64,000 bases of DNA from Cyanophyceae cyanobacterium (GCA_038321985.1 JBBQFN010000013.1:32001-96000), one strand, 5' to 3'. Numbered from the stretch's first letter, positions 11,101-19,914 are shown. Numbers and translations are program-made. Notes: generated by a model from the letters alone, not told the origin.

Positions 11101-11244
11101 TGCCAATGTAGTGATGATATGATTTTAGAGCTAATTGTGGAAATTCCGCCGGAGAATGCTGCTCTTGAAAAGGCACTGACAGAGTTGGCAAATGACTTTC
11201 AATTTGAAACAATTATGGCACTTACTCACCCGGTAAAATTATGA
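5164..11244 (+). CDS. Multi-sensor hybrid histidine kinase (REC, multiple GAF and PAS, HisKA-HATPase, REC)
   Basis: N-terminal REC; repeated PAS/PAC (DITERK, HPEDRDRV) and GAF segments; H-box FLANMSHELRTPLN; NAIKFT; GTGLGL; C-terminal REC (IWMDMRMP). Confidence 0.95.
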   Translation: MNPSETADTILILDETPEHLLLLTEVLTERGYAVRRALEGAAAIASAIAHPPDLILLDILMAETDGYEVCKRLKSADRTRDIPIIFITPLNDALDKVKAFSLGAVDYITKPFEVEEVIARIENQLRLRSLQRQLEEKNHRLEQEIRDRLTAEKALQDRAEELRIQNTLLTELAKSPSLYQGDLQAAFHELIAAAVNYLDLDRAGVWLYDEDGTRLERLASFEKHIEGVETANLGILAHYLAELQATSMDSLTFVCNPYPVEEDPTNSTPKPFPMGSLGLAPIRQDGQTIGVLENARVTGDRLWTAGEENFIRSLADLAAVTLQAEKRQRADRQRQMTEETLALAFRACPDAVAILSVPDFRYVQVNDSFCEQRGYNRGEIIGKTAQELNFFVNLNDLTQLTIECQNQGNFPNLESQIRTKNGEIKTLLICAESINLNGNSGILAFSKDITERERSRIAIEQQLHRSNLLREITDRIRSKIETQHIFETAATAIGRAFQVCRCLIHSYIPQPVPTVPVIGEYLSPGHPSLKSLSITLADNPYLKRVISRERAIACEDLQAEPFWARRNSIQQSIPIQSILGVGIFYQGKANGIISLHQCDQPREWTREETELLEAIAAQLGIAIAQAQLWDNEKQTRMAFEHQNIQLQREIAERRLAQKALKQSEQKYRALVNTSQDVIWSINSRGCYTFVNPAVEKIYGYTPAQIIGHKFPQFVSLKRREVDRKALRQVLREGKPLLQYETIHQRQDGKEIYVLVNAIPLRDSEGRIKGATGTTVEITERRQQEEALRAMVEGSAASTGTEYFRACVRSLANVLQVKYALLVECTSQSHQMVRSLAFWTGTGWSETIEYPLEGTPCENALKTRQACYYPQAVQQLFPRDLDLKTLNAESYIGIPIQTATGHILGHLAILDVKPMFATAHTESILKLFADRAATEIQRLKSEQALQHSEQRFRAIFNSMFQFIGLLNPDGTVLELNQTALNFIGLEQAQVVGQPLWTLPWWNRSVALQQQLMEATSLASKGEFIRYQVEATGATGVTLALDFSLKPVFNDQSEVILLIPEGRDISDRVSAQVQLQRTTERLKYLLSSSPAIIYSAEVFGSFRTTFISENVETILGYKVRDFLENSNFWADRIHPEDRDRVLEKLPLRLGQGFHSEEYRFLHADGTYRWFDDRIQLVRDQSGNPRECVGYWIDITERKIAQEAFQASQRRYQTLAETSPVCIFHTDAQGHCLYVNQKWSQITGLPLAEATGNGWTSSLHPEDRDRVFEEWNRAAREGVSFKSEYRFWRPDGEITWVIGQAIAETNPDGTIKGYIGTISDISERKLAEDDLLEQSERDRAIFTLFQRMRQTLKLDQIFAATTEDLRQLLESDRVLVYRCPPEPNMTSVWESVGQDWMPLMPSPDPNSPPELSSPWRADAEAALTSWKSTLESRKQGDCGPEPLYPHPSNLPCLVAENIEGADLNPEELQHLHQLQASAYLIAPIFTRTQLWGLLAIYQNSGPRHWKQADLNIAIQIATQLGVALQQAQLLERTQKQAEALQKAALAADTANRAKSEFLANMSHELRTPLNAILGFSQVMTRDRSLNTQQAEQLRIINRAGEHLLDLINDILEMSKIEAGRTSFYETSFDLLELLESLKTMLRPKAKSKGLQLDFEVDPQVPPHIKTDEAKLRQVLINMLGNAIKFTQTGGIYLRVWRGIVDRNPEPEISHSDCLSKLYFEIEDTGPGIATHEMHRLFEPFGQTETGLKSGQGTGLGLPISKKFVELMGGDIHVRSTPGQGTVFSFDVNLRQAEAVEVPKRESRPQAVALAPDQPECRILAVDDVFESRLLLITLFSKLGFSVREAASGREALEIWENWDPHLIWMDMRMPDIDGYQATKYIKSTAKGQDTVVIALTASAFAEDRQLVLAAGCNDFIHKPFRAEELLSKVYEHLGVRYIYDEPLECDFDNTRQGLMEDSPFTLTSQSFQVMPPDWVVRVYAAACQCSDDMILELIVEIPPENAALEKALTELANDFQFETIMALTHPVKL

Positions 11245-12383
11245 ATTCACTCTTACTCAATCCGATTCAAAAAGATATTCTAATTGTTGATGATACCCCG
11301 ATTAACTTAAGAGTTTTAGCAAAAATACTCGGCGATCAGGGATATAAAGTCCGAAAAGCCCTGAATGGGCCCCTTGCTCTGACCGCTTGTCAAAACGTCT
11401 TGCCAGACGTCATTTTGTTAGATATTATGATGCCAGAAATGGATGGTTATGAAGTCTGTCAACGGCTGAAATCTGATGAAAAAACCCAGGATATCCCGAT
11501 TATCTTTATCAGCGCCCTGGAGGATGAATGGGATAAAATTAAAGCGTTTAAAAGTGGCGGGAATGACTATATTAGTAAGCCTTTCCAAATAGAAGAAGTT
11601 CTCGCGCGAGTTCAACATCACCTAACCCTTCAACAACTCAAACACCAACTTCAAGCCCAAAATGTCGAATTACAAAACTTAAAGGCTCAACTCCTGCGGT
11701 CCCATACGGAACTTGAGCAATTCGCTTATGTCGCTTCCCATGATTTACACTCTCCCCTCCAAGCGATTATTAGGAATGCGGATCTACTCACCTGGAAATA
11801 TGAAAACCAACTCCGGGGGGATGGCGATCGCCATTTTACCGAAATTATCGAGGCTACAGGTCGCATGACCAAACTGATTCAAGACCTACTTTCTTCCTCT
11901 AAAATTGGCCTACTTTCTTCTAATTTTGAATCAATAGATTCTAATTTTCTGGTAGAAGAAGCTATTGCTAATTTGAGTGCAGATATTTCTAGAATAGGGG
12001 CAGTAATTACCCATTCATCCCTGCCTACAGTGAGTGGAAATGAGCAACAATTAATCCAGCTTTTTCAAAATTTGATTGCCAACGCTATCAAGTTTAAAAT
12101 TCCCGATGTTGCTCCAATTATCGAAATTTCCTGTAATCTAAACAATTCTGAAGAATGGCAGTTTGAAATCCGAGATAACGGGATTGGTATTGAATCCGAA
12201 CAGGGCGATCGCATTTTTGACCCCTTTTATCGCCTACATTCCTCTGATGACTATCCGGGGACCGGCATGGGCTTAACGCAATGCAAAAAAATTGTCGAAC
12301 GTCACGGGGGAAAACTCTGGTTTACTTCCCTCAAAGGGAATGGGACCTCATTTCATTTTACTCTACCTCCGCTAAAATCGTGA
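11241..12383 (+). CDS. REC-histidine kinase (Cph1/bacteriophytochrome-type kinase core)
   Basis: ILIVDDTP REC; FAYVASHDL H-box; QLFQNLIANAIKF; YPGTGMGL. ATGA overlap with the upstream gene. Confidence 0.93.
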   Translation: MNSLLLNPIQKDILIVDDTPINLRVLAKILGDQGYKVRKALNGPLALTACQNVLPDVILLDIMMPEMDGYEVCQRLKSDEKTQDIPIIFISALEDEWDKIKAFKSGGNDYISKPFQIEEVLARVQHHLTLQQLKHQLQAQNVELQNLKAQLLRSHTELEQFAYVASHDLHSPLQAIIRNADLLTWKYENQLRGDGDRHFTEIIEATGRMTKLIQDLLSSSKIGLLSSNFESIDSNFLVEEAIANLSADISRIGAVITHSSLPTVSGNEQQLIQLFQNLIANAIKFKIPDVAPIIEISCNLNNSEEWQFEIRDNGIGIESEQGDRIFDPFYRLHSSDDYPGTGMGLTQCKKIVERHGGKLWFTSLKGNGTSFHFTLPPLKS

Positions 12384-12704
12384 ATCCTCCCAGGCGATCG
12401 CCCTCTCTGATTCCTGGAACAGTTCTCATTGATTTTTACCTTTCCCCCTTAAACTTATACCCTCTAACCCTTAAGGAAGGATAAGTTTTTAGTTCCGTCC
12501 TCTGGGTGGCTTAATCTCTGTAAAATAGGGAGAAAAAAAGAAGTATTCAGCCGGTATGAAGCAAAAAACAATAATTATAGGTGTTTTATCCCCGGACAAA
12601 TCTCGCCAAAGTGTACTGAATTCAACAGGTTTCAAGAAACCTGCATCCGATGTTAATCTTGCCCCTGAGGGGCAAGATTAACCCATACCCGGGCTGCAAA
12701 AATT

Positions 12705-13811
12705 ATGAATGACCCATTAACTCCTCCCTGTAAAGGAAACATTCTGTTAGTAGATGACACTCCGGATAATTTGCGCGTTTTATCCTCCATTTTGACCAAA
12801 CATGGCTATTATCTCCGTAAAGCCTTGAATGGAGAAATGGCTATCACGGCTGCCAATGCCTTAATCCCTGATTTAATTCTCCTGGATATTAATATGCCCT
12901 CTATGAATGGGTATGAAGTCTGTTCAGCTTTAAAATCTTCAGAAAAAACCCGATCTATTCCTATTATTTTTATCAGTATTTTAGACGATGTTTTGGATAA
13001 AGTAAAAGCCTTTCAAGTGGGCGGAGTCGATTATATTACTAAACCCTTTCAATTAGAGGAAGTTATCGCCCGTATCGAAAATCAACTCAGCATTCAGCGG
13101 TTGCAACACCAACTTTACGAACAAAACTGCCTCCTGGAAAAACAAAATGCCTTACTTCTACGGGAGATTGAAAACCACCGAAAAGCTGAAGAATCTTTAC
13201 AAAAAGCAAACCAAAAATTACACCAACTAGCCTGGATTGACGGATTAACACAAGTTTCAAACCGTCGGCAATTTGATGAACATTTACAACAACAATGGGA
13301 CCGTTTACTCCGAGAACATCATCCTTTATCCTTAATTTTATGCGATATCGACTATTTCAAATCTTATAACGATACTTATGGTCATCCCGCCGGAGATGAA
13401 TGTTTAAAGCAGGTTGCCCAAGCTATTTGTCATGCCGTTAAACCGCCTGTGAATTTAGTCGCCCGTTATGGAGGAGAAGAATTTGCCGCTATTCTTCCTC
13501 ATACCAGCAACAAGGGAGCCTTGTCAGTTGCCCGGACTATTCAGCGGCAAATACAACAGCTTCAAATCGAACATTCTGCGTCGGATATCTGCAAATTTAT
13601 TACAATTAGTTTAGGAATTTGTACGGTGATTCCTAGCTTAGAAACGGCCCTAGACTTTCTAATTTTGAGTGCAGATAAAGCCCTTTATCACGCCAAACAA
13701 ACCGGCAGAAATTGCTATTGTTCTTACTTGCCTCACACCGAGGGGGAATCCTTCCAATGTGAATATAGTATTAAAGGTAAGGCATTTAAAAAAAGTAAGC
13801 CTAGGCTGTAA
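12705..13811 (+). CDS. REC-GGDEF diguanylate cyclase
   Basis: REC domain, coiled coil, DGLTQVSNRR, DIDYFK, YGGEEF. Confidence 0.95.
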   Translation: MNDPLTPPCKGNILLVDDTPDNLRVLSSILTKHGYYLRKALNGEMAITAANALIPDLILLDINMPSMNGYEVCSALKSSEKTRSIPIIFISILDDVLDKVKAFQVGGVDYITKPFQLEEVIARIENQLSIQRLQHQLYEQNCLLEKQNALLLREIENHRKAEESLQKANQKLHQLAWIDGLTQVSNRRQFDEHLQQQWDRLLREHHPLSLILCDIDYFKSYNDTYGHPAGDECLKQVAQAICHAVKPPVNLVARYGGEEFAAILPHTSNKGALSVARTIQRQIQQLQIEHSASDICKFITISLGICTVIPSLETALDFLILSADKALYHAKQTGRNCYCSYLPHTEGESFQCEYSIKGKAFKKSKPRL

Positions 13812-14150
13812 AAATTGGAGTTTTAGCATTTCTGTGGGGTAAAATTTAGAGGAGAATATTTAATGATTGTAAGTTTTTTAAGTCTGTTAAAACTAATTTT
13901 AAATAACAGGTTTAAGTTCAAACTTAATAGGATAAAAAGCCCTACTTATTCCCGTAGTGGCAACTCATTTCCCTTCGATAATCTAGGTTTTTTAAGTTTT
14001 TATAAATTGCTGGAATAATTAAAACTTGGTCTACACCGAAACTTAGTTGTTTTTTATTTGGAAAATAAGTAATGATTTTTATAAAAATGTGATACAATTA
14101 AGAAATTTACTAAGTTCAATTTTTTAGAGGAATCAAGGACTTATAAACCA

Positions 14151-15485
14151 ATGAATCAAAATAAAATAAGTGTCGAAACCGCCGATATTCTTATTGTTGA
14201 CGATACCCCGGCTAATCTCCGGCTTTTGTCCATAATCCTCACTACAGAGGGCTACAATGTGCGTAAAGCTATCTCCCCTCATCTAGCAATAAAGGCTGTA
14301 GAACTAAATTTACCAGACTTAATTGTACTAGATATCAATATGCCTGAGATGAATGGATATGAAGTCTGTGAACAGCTTAAGGCAAATCAGAGAACCCGAG
14401 GAATTCCCATCATTTTTATTAGTGCGCTGGATGATGCTTTTGATAAAATAAAAGCTTTTGAAGTGGGGGGGGCTGATTATATTACTAAACCCTTTCAAGA
14501 AGCTGAAGTTCTAGTCCGCGTCGAACATCAATTAAAGTTGAGATCGCTCCAAATACAACTTTTAAATAAAAATCAAGTTCTAGAAAATGCTTTAACTGAC
14601 CTTAAAAAAGTACAAAATCAATTGATTCAAAATGAAAAAATGGTTAGTTTGGGTCAACTTGTGGCGGGAGTATGTCATGAGATAAATAATCCTGTTAATT
14701 TCATTTCGGGAAATATTTCTTATGTTAAAAAGTATAGTGAAAATTTGTTAAAATTACTTTCTTTATATCGTCAGTCATTAAAACCTATTTCAGAAGAGAT
14801 TCAAGAATTTGAAGAAGAATTTGAGATTGAATTTCTAGTAGAAGATTTTCCCAAATTGGTCGTATCAATGCAAGGGGGAACCGACCGGATCCGAACCATT
14901 GTAGAAGCGCTCCGCAATTTCTCTAGACTGGATGAAGCGGAACTCAAAACGGTAGACCTCTATGAAGGATTAGACAGCACTTTAATGATGTTGGCACATC
15001 GCCTAGAAAAGAAGGGAGATCGCCCAGGGATTACGGTCATCAAAAACTATACTCAACTGCCCTTAGTCCGTTGCTATGCCGCCCAAATTAATCAGGTATT
15101 TATGAATTTGCTCAGTAATGCGATCGATGCCGTGGGGTCAGGCGATCGCCGCCCCCTCCAAAACTCGGATCAGCCGCGACTGCCCCAGGAAAAATCTTTT
15201 CTCCCCACCATCTGGATTAACACCGCACGCCCTACAGAAAATACCGTGACTATCTCCATCGCCGATAATGGCCCAGGAATGACCCCAGAATTTCAACAGC
15301 AAGTTTTCGACCCATTTTTTACGACCAAAGAAGTTGGATATGGCACGGGTTTAGGATTGTCAATTTCTTACCAAATTGTAGTAGAAGGACATCAAGGCAC
15401 CCTTGATTGCGAAAGTTTGCCCGGAACTGGAACAACTTTTACCCTCGGACTGCCGATTCAATTTCATCAAGACACTCCAAAATAG
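14151..15485 (+). CDS. REC-histidine kinase (NtrB-like core)
   Basis: [37 protein letters not shown]. Confidence 0.93.
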   Translation: MNQNKISVETADILIVDDTPANLRLLSIILTTEGYNVRKAISPHLAIKAVELNLPDLIVLDINMPEMNGYEVCEQLKANQRTRGIPIIFISALDDAFDKIKAFEVGGADYITKPFQEAEVLVRVEHQLKLRSLQIQLLNKNQVLENALTDLKKVQNQLIQNEKMVSLGQLVAGVCHEINNPVNFISGNISYVKKYSENLLKLLSLYRQSLKPISEEIQEFEEEFEIEFLVEDFPKLVVSMQGGTDRIRTIVEALRNFSRLDEAELKTVDLYEGLDSTLMMLAHRLEKKGDRPGITVIKNYTQLPLVRCYAAQINQVFMNLLSNAIDAVGSGDRRPLQNSDQPRLPQEKSFLPTIWINTARPTENTVTISIADNGPGMTPEFQQQVFDPFFTTKEVGYGTGLGLSISYQIVVEGHQGTLDCESLPGTGTTFTLGLPIQFHQDTPK

Positions 15486-15656
15486 TGGGGACTTTCCCCC
15501 TTCCTCCAAATTGTCGGCGTGAGTTACAGAAACATCAGCCCATAAAATCTTGAGCCTAAAATTCCACCCTACGGAAAATTTTTTTAGTTTCATTCCAGCC
15601 AAATCAGCGTACAATATATACTGGAAGCAGTTCCCAGAAGGGATTGGGTAACCATC

Positions 15657-16763
15657 ATGCAAGTTTTATTTAAAATCGTTCGACAAAGCCAAAATAGTGG
15701 CCCTCGCATCCAGACCTATCAACTCGATGTAGAACCGGGGAATACCATCCTTGATTGTCTCAATCGGATTAAATGGGAGCAAGACGGAACCCTCGCCTTT
15801 CGTAAAAATTGTCGTAACACCATTTGCGGCAGTTGCTCAATGAGAATTAATGGCCGTTCCGCCCTTGCCTGTAAGGAGAATATTGGCGCTGAAGTGGACC
15901 GACTGAACCACATCTCGGAACTTAGCACAGAAAGCGACTCCGCCACCCTGGATCGGACACAAACTCAAGACTCGGCGCTCAATGCGTTACCCGGTGCGCC
16001 ACCGAGGGCAGCCACCCCAGGGTCCCTGCCAGAAATTACCATTGCGCCAATGGGTAATATGCCCGTGATCAAGGATCTGGTGGTAGATATGAAAAGTTTC
16101 TGGAACAATCTCGAAGCTGTTGATCCCTATGTGAGTACCGGCGCACGGAAAATCCCCGAACGAGAATTTCTCCAAACTCCAGAAGAGCGATCGCGCCTCG
16201 AAGAAAGCGGCAATTGCATCCTCTGCGGGGCCTGCTATTCCGAGTGTAATGCCGTGGAAGTTAACCCGAAATTTGTCGGTCCCCACGCCCTCGCCAAAGC
16301 CTATCGCATGGTGGAAGACGACCGCGATGCCCAAACAGAATCCCGCTTAGAAAAATACAGTCAAGGCACTTCGGGGGTGTGGGGTTGTACCCGCTGCTTT
16401 TACTGTAATTCCGTTTGTCCGATGGGAGTCGAACCTATGGATAAAATCGGTAAAATTAAGGACGAAATACTCGATCGCAATGATGATCAAGCCAGCCGTC
16501 CTATCCGTCATCGCAAAGTTTTGATCGATCTCGTCAAAAAAGGCGGCTGGATAGATGAACGCAAATTTGCCGTGATGGTCGTGGGTAATTTCTTCCGAGA
16601 TATCAAAGGATTATTAAGCCTTGCCCCCGTCGGAATCCAATCTATCAAACGCGGCAAATTTCCCCTAAAATTTGAACCCTCCCAAGGCACCGACGAAGTG
16701 CGATCGCTGATAGAATCGGTTCAAGAACTCGAATCCAAATCCTTAAAAACTCCTAAAGAATAA
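15657..16763 (+). CDS. sdhB: Succinate dehydrogenase/fumarate reductase iron-sulfur subunit
   Basis: CRNTICGSC [2Fe-2S] motif; PVIKDLVVD; CILCGACYSEC; CTRCFYCNSVCP. Confidence 0.93.
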   Translation: MQVLFKIVRQSQNSGPRIQTYQLDVEPGNTILDCLNRIKWEQDGTLAFRKNCRNTICGSCSMRINGRSALACKENIGAEVDRLNHISELSTESDSATLDRTQTQDSALNALPGAPPRAATPGSLPEITIAPMGNMPVIKDLVVDMKSFWNNLEAVDPYVSTGARKIPEREFLQTPEERSRLEESGNCILCGACYSECNAVEVNPKFVGPHALAKAYRMVEDDRDAQTESRLEKYSQGTSGVWGCTRCFYCNSVCPMGVEPMDKIGKIKDEILDRNDDQASRPIRHRKVLIDLVKKGGWIDERKFAVMVVGNFFRDIKGLLSLAPVGIQSIKRGKFPLKFEPSQGTDEVRSLIESVQELESKSLKTPKE

Positions 16764-16768
16764 CCCCT

Positions 16769-16960
16769 ATGACTGATGAAAAAAACACCCCAACCCCACC
16801 CCCAGTTGAGGACTTGCCCACCGAACCCGAACCTGCTTTTGGCTGGACTGCATATGCCGAACGCATCAATGGTCGAGTTGCCATGATTGCTTTTGTCTCC
16901 TTGCTCTTACTAGAATTCTTCACCCATCAAGACCTCTTGACCTGGTTAGGATTGCGATAA
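16769..16960 (+). CDS. High-light-inducible protein (HLIP/SCP, CAB-like)
   Basis: FGWTAYAERINGRVAM (ExxNGRxAM) followed by a single TM helix. Confidence 0.92.
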   Translation: MTDEKNTPTPPPVEDLPTEPEPAFGWTAYAERINGRVAMIAFVSLLLLEFFTHQDLLTWLGLR

Positions 16961-17073
16961 TTTAACCCGGGGTGAAGGCACAAGTTTAGCGTCTTGACTT
17001 CAGTCGTTATCCCCAGGCCCGGGCGGGAGTTTAACCCCCCGTCCGTGCCGGTTATGGCTAGGTACTCAAATTT

Positions 17074-18168
17074 ATGAAAATTCAGATTGAAACTTTTACA
17101 GTACATAAACGGTTTGCCCTCACAATTAGTCGCGGAACCACAGCTCAAACCACTAATATTTGGGTAAAAATTGAATCGGAAGGCATCACCGGATGGGGGG
17201 AAGCCTCGCCTTTTTCGGCAGGGGGTACACCCCAAACCACCCCGGAAATTCTAGCCGCATTGCAGGAAGTGACACCGCAACTCGAAAGGTTCAGTCCCCT
17301 CGATCGCCAGGAAATTGAAGCGTTCTTGACCCCTCTCACAAAACAGGGTAAATTCCCGTCGGCTGCCCAAGCCGGATTAGATGTCGCCTTACATGATTGG
17401 TTAGGCAAAAAAGTCGGACTCCCCCTGTGGCAATTGTGGGGACTCGACTGCGCTCAAATTGTACCCACATCGCTCACTATTGGTATCAGTAGTCCAGAGG
17501 CGGCCCGAACCCGCGTTCGACATTGGTTTAATTTAGACTCAGACCCTGCCGAAACCGGGGCAGTCCCCTCAAACCAAGGCTGTGCCATTAAGGTAAAATT
17601 AGGAAGTCCCGCAGGAGTTAGCGCCGATCGCGCCATGTTCTTAGCAGTACAAGGGGAAGCCCCCGCCGGTTCAGCCTTTAGCGTCGATGCCAATGGCGGA
17701 TGGACCCTAGAGGAGGCAGTCGGCATGAGTCACTGGTTGAACAGTCGAGGGGTCAAGTATTTAGAACAACCCTTGCCCGTATCAGCCCTCGATGAACTGC
17801 GGCATCTATACCAGGAATCCCCCTTGCCGATTTTCGTGGATGAAAGCTGCTTTACCTGTGCCGATATTATCCCCTTAGCCGATCGGGTACATGGAATTAA
17901 TATTAAACTAATGAAATGTGGGGGATTAACGGAAGCCATGCGGATGATTCACACCGCCAATGCCTGCGGATTGCAGGTGATGTTTGGGTGTTATTCCGAT
18001 AGTGCTCTGGCAAATACCGCCCTATCTCACCTTTCACCTTTAGCGGACTATCTGGATTTAGACAGTCATCTGAATTTAATGGACGATCCGTTTACGGGGG
18101 CGACTGTCCGCAGAGGACGTCTGCTGCCCAACGATCTATCGGGTTTAGGAGTAGAACGTCGTGCGTAG
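17074..18168 (+). CDS. Enolase-superfamily dipeptide epimerase (L-Ala-D/L-Glu epimerase / DgcA-like)
   Basis: GWGEASP, KVKLG, VDANGGW, EQP, DES, NIKLMKCGG, DLD. Confidence 0.9.
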   Translation: MKIQIETFTVHKRFALTISRGTTAQTTNIWVKIESEGITGWGEASPFSAGGTPQTTPEILAALQEVTPQLERFSPLDRQEIEAFLTPLTKQGKFPSAAQAGLDVALHDWLGKKVGLPLWQLWGLDCAQIVPTSLTIGISSPEAARTRVRHWFNLDSDPAETGAVPSNQGCAIKVKLGSPAGVSADRAMFLAVQGEAPAGSAFSVDANGGWTLEEAVGMSHWLNSRGVKYLEQPLPVSALDELRHLYQESPLPIFVDESCFTCADIIPLADRVHGINIKLMKCGGLTEAMRMIHTANACGLQVMFGCYSDSALANTALSHLSPLADYLDLDSHLNLMDDPFTGATVRRGRLLPNDLSGLGVERRA

Positions 18169-19210
18169 TATAACAGCTAATCATCGAGTCGCAATTCTTC
18201 AACATCAAGGCATTTTCGGCCCGACTGGGAAAACCGGATTAACGTTGTTGCGATACAGCCAAGCAAATATAGTGGCCGTCATCGATCGCGAATCCGCAGG
18301 GCGATCGCTAATTGAACTCACCGGTATTCCCCGGGATGTACCCATTGTCGCGTCGGTAGATGCCGCCTTAGAGATGAATCCGGATGTCTTGGCCGTCGGA
18401 ATTGCACCCCCAGGCGGTGCATTACCTCCAGAGTGGTTTGATGAAATCCGTAATGCGATCGCCGCTGGATTATCGATTGTGAATGGGTTGCATACCCCCT
18501 TAGACAATCATCCCGAACTCCCGTTTCCTTTACGGGAGGGACAGTGGATTTGGGATGTGAGGCAAGAACCCCCTGGACTCAAAATTGGCAGTGCTCAAGC
18601 GGCTAAACTGGCTTGTCGCCGGGTGTTGACCGTAGGGACAGATATGGCGATCGGAAAAATGTCTACCTGTTTAGAAATCCATCACCTCGCTAAACAGCGC
18701 GGGTTACGATCGCACTTTGTAGCCACGGGTCAAGCAGGGTTGATGATTGCGGGTACAGGGGTAGCCCTGGATGCGGTGCGCGTAGACTTTGCTGCCGGTG
18801 CCGTGGAACAAGCCGTTATGCAATCTGCAACGGATTGCGATTTGATGTTGGTGGAGGGACAAGGTTCCCTATTCCATCCCGGTTCCACCGCCACTTTACC
18901 CTTGTTACGGGGCAGTCAACCGACTCACTTAGTTCTGGTTCATCGGGTTGGACAAACTCACATTAAAAATCATCCTCATGTGCCGATTCCCGCATTATCT
19001 GAGGCGATCGCCCTGTATGAAAGGGTTGCTAGTGCCGCAGGGGCTTTGACTCCATCCCGAGTGGTAGCAGTCGCCCTCAATTCTCGGGACGTAGATGAAG
19101 CCGCCTCTCGGGATGCGATTGGGCAAATTGAAGCTGAAACCGGACTCCCTTGCACGGATCCCGTGCGTTTCGGCCCCCAGAAGTTGCTGGATGCTATTTT
19201 AGCCTCTTAA
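18161..19210 (+). CDS. DUF1611 family P-loop protein (DgcN-like)
   Basis: VGTDMAIGKM, ATGQAG, VEGQGSLFHP. GTG start overlaps the epimerase stop. Confidence 0.88.
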   Translation: MRSITANHRVAILQHQGIFGPTGKTGLTLLRYSQANIVAVIDRESAGRSLIELTGIPRDVPIVASVDAALEMNPDVLAVGIAPPGGALPPEWFDEIRNAIAAGLSIVNGLHTPLDNHPELPFPLREGQWIWDVRQEPPGLKIGSAQAAKLACRRVLTVGTDMAIGKMSTCLEIHHLAKQRGLRSHFVATGQAGLMIAGTGVALDAVRVDFAAGAVEQAVMQSATDCDLMLVEGQGSLFHPGSTATLPLLRGSQPTHLVLVHRVGQTHIKNHPHVPIPALSEAIALYERVASAAGALTPSRVVAVALNSRDVDEAASRDAIGQIEAETGLPCTDPVRFGPQKLLDAILAS

Positions 19211-19284
19211 TTCTCGGAAAAATCTCCCTTGGCGACCCCTGTTGTCCCGTCAGATTCCTGGCGTTAAAAACCCGATAGAGAGGG

Positions 19285-19316
19285 GGTGTAAATCTATCTT
19301 GCGAGGGATTTACACC
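19285..19316 (+). terminator. Stem-loop after the DUF1611 gene
   Basis: GGTGTAAATC/GATTTACACC 10-bp inverted repeat followed by GTTT. Confidence 0.5.
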
Positions 19317-19914
19317 GTTTACCCCGGGGATAAACTATTGCGAATTACGACTCCCTAGGGCGATCGCTCCTCTGTACCCCCCTCAGGACTGCAAAAAAAT
19401 CATTCAGAAGGAGAGGGGAGAAAATTTATCGAGAAATTAGGACACAGGTTTAATCCTGTAAAGATAGATACGATCGCCTAAAAATTCAACTTCAGCCTAG
19501 GGATATATTGAGAAGAACTCATAAACCCAACCAGAGAAAGATTTCAGCCGATTTGTTCGTGGGTTATATTTTGACTAGCCCTGGGAATACGCTTTCTTTT
19601 AAGGAAATCTTGATCGGGTTTTTCGTTCGGATTAAGACCCTCCAAAATTCCCCTAAATATCTCTAAGGGTCACAGTTCCCGGAAAGGGTTACCCCCTCGC
19701 GGGAAACTAGGGCCAGAAAAGGGGAGTTCGTGGAGAAATTGAGGGGCGATGGAAAATCCAACTACCCTCCCCGAATTTAGTCGAATGGACTAAATTTTTC
19801 CAAAGCAATCCAGGGAAATCGATAAATCCAAGTTGGCTTTTAGAAAAATTTTTTTTAAAGGTTTCAAGACCGCTATATTGGCGAAATAATCTTAAACATA
19901 CCGAGTTAAAAAAG

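Noticed and set aside
11062..11244. Helical tail of the hybrid kinase as an HPt domain
   Set aside because: No His in an HPt-like context; at most a degenerate helical bundle.
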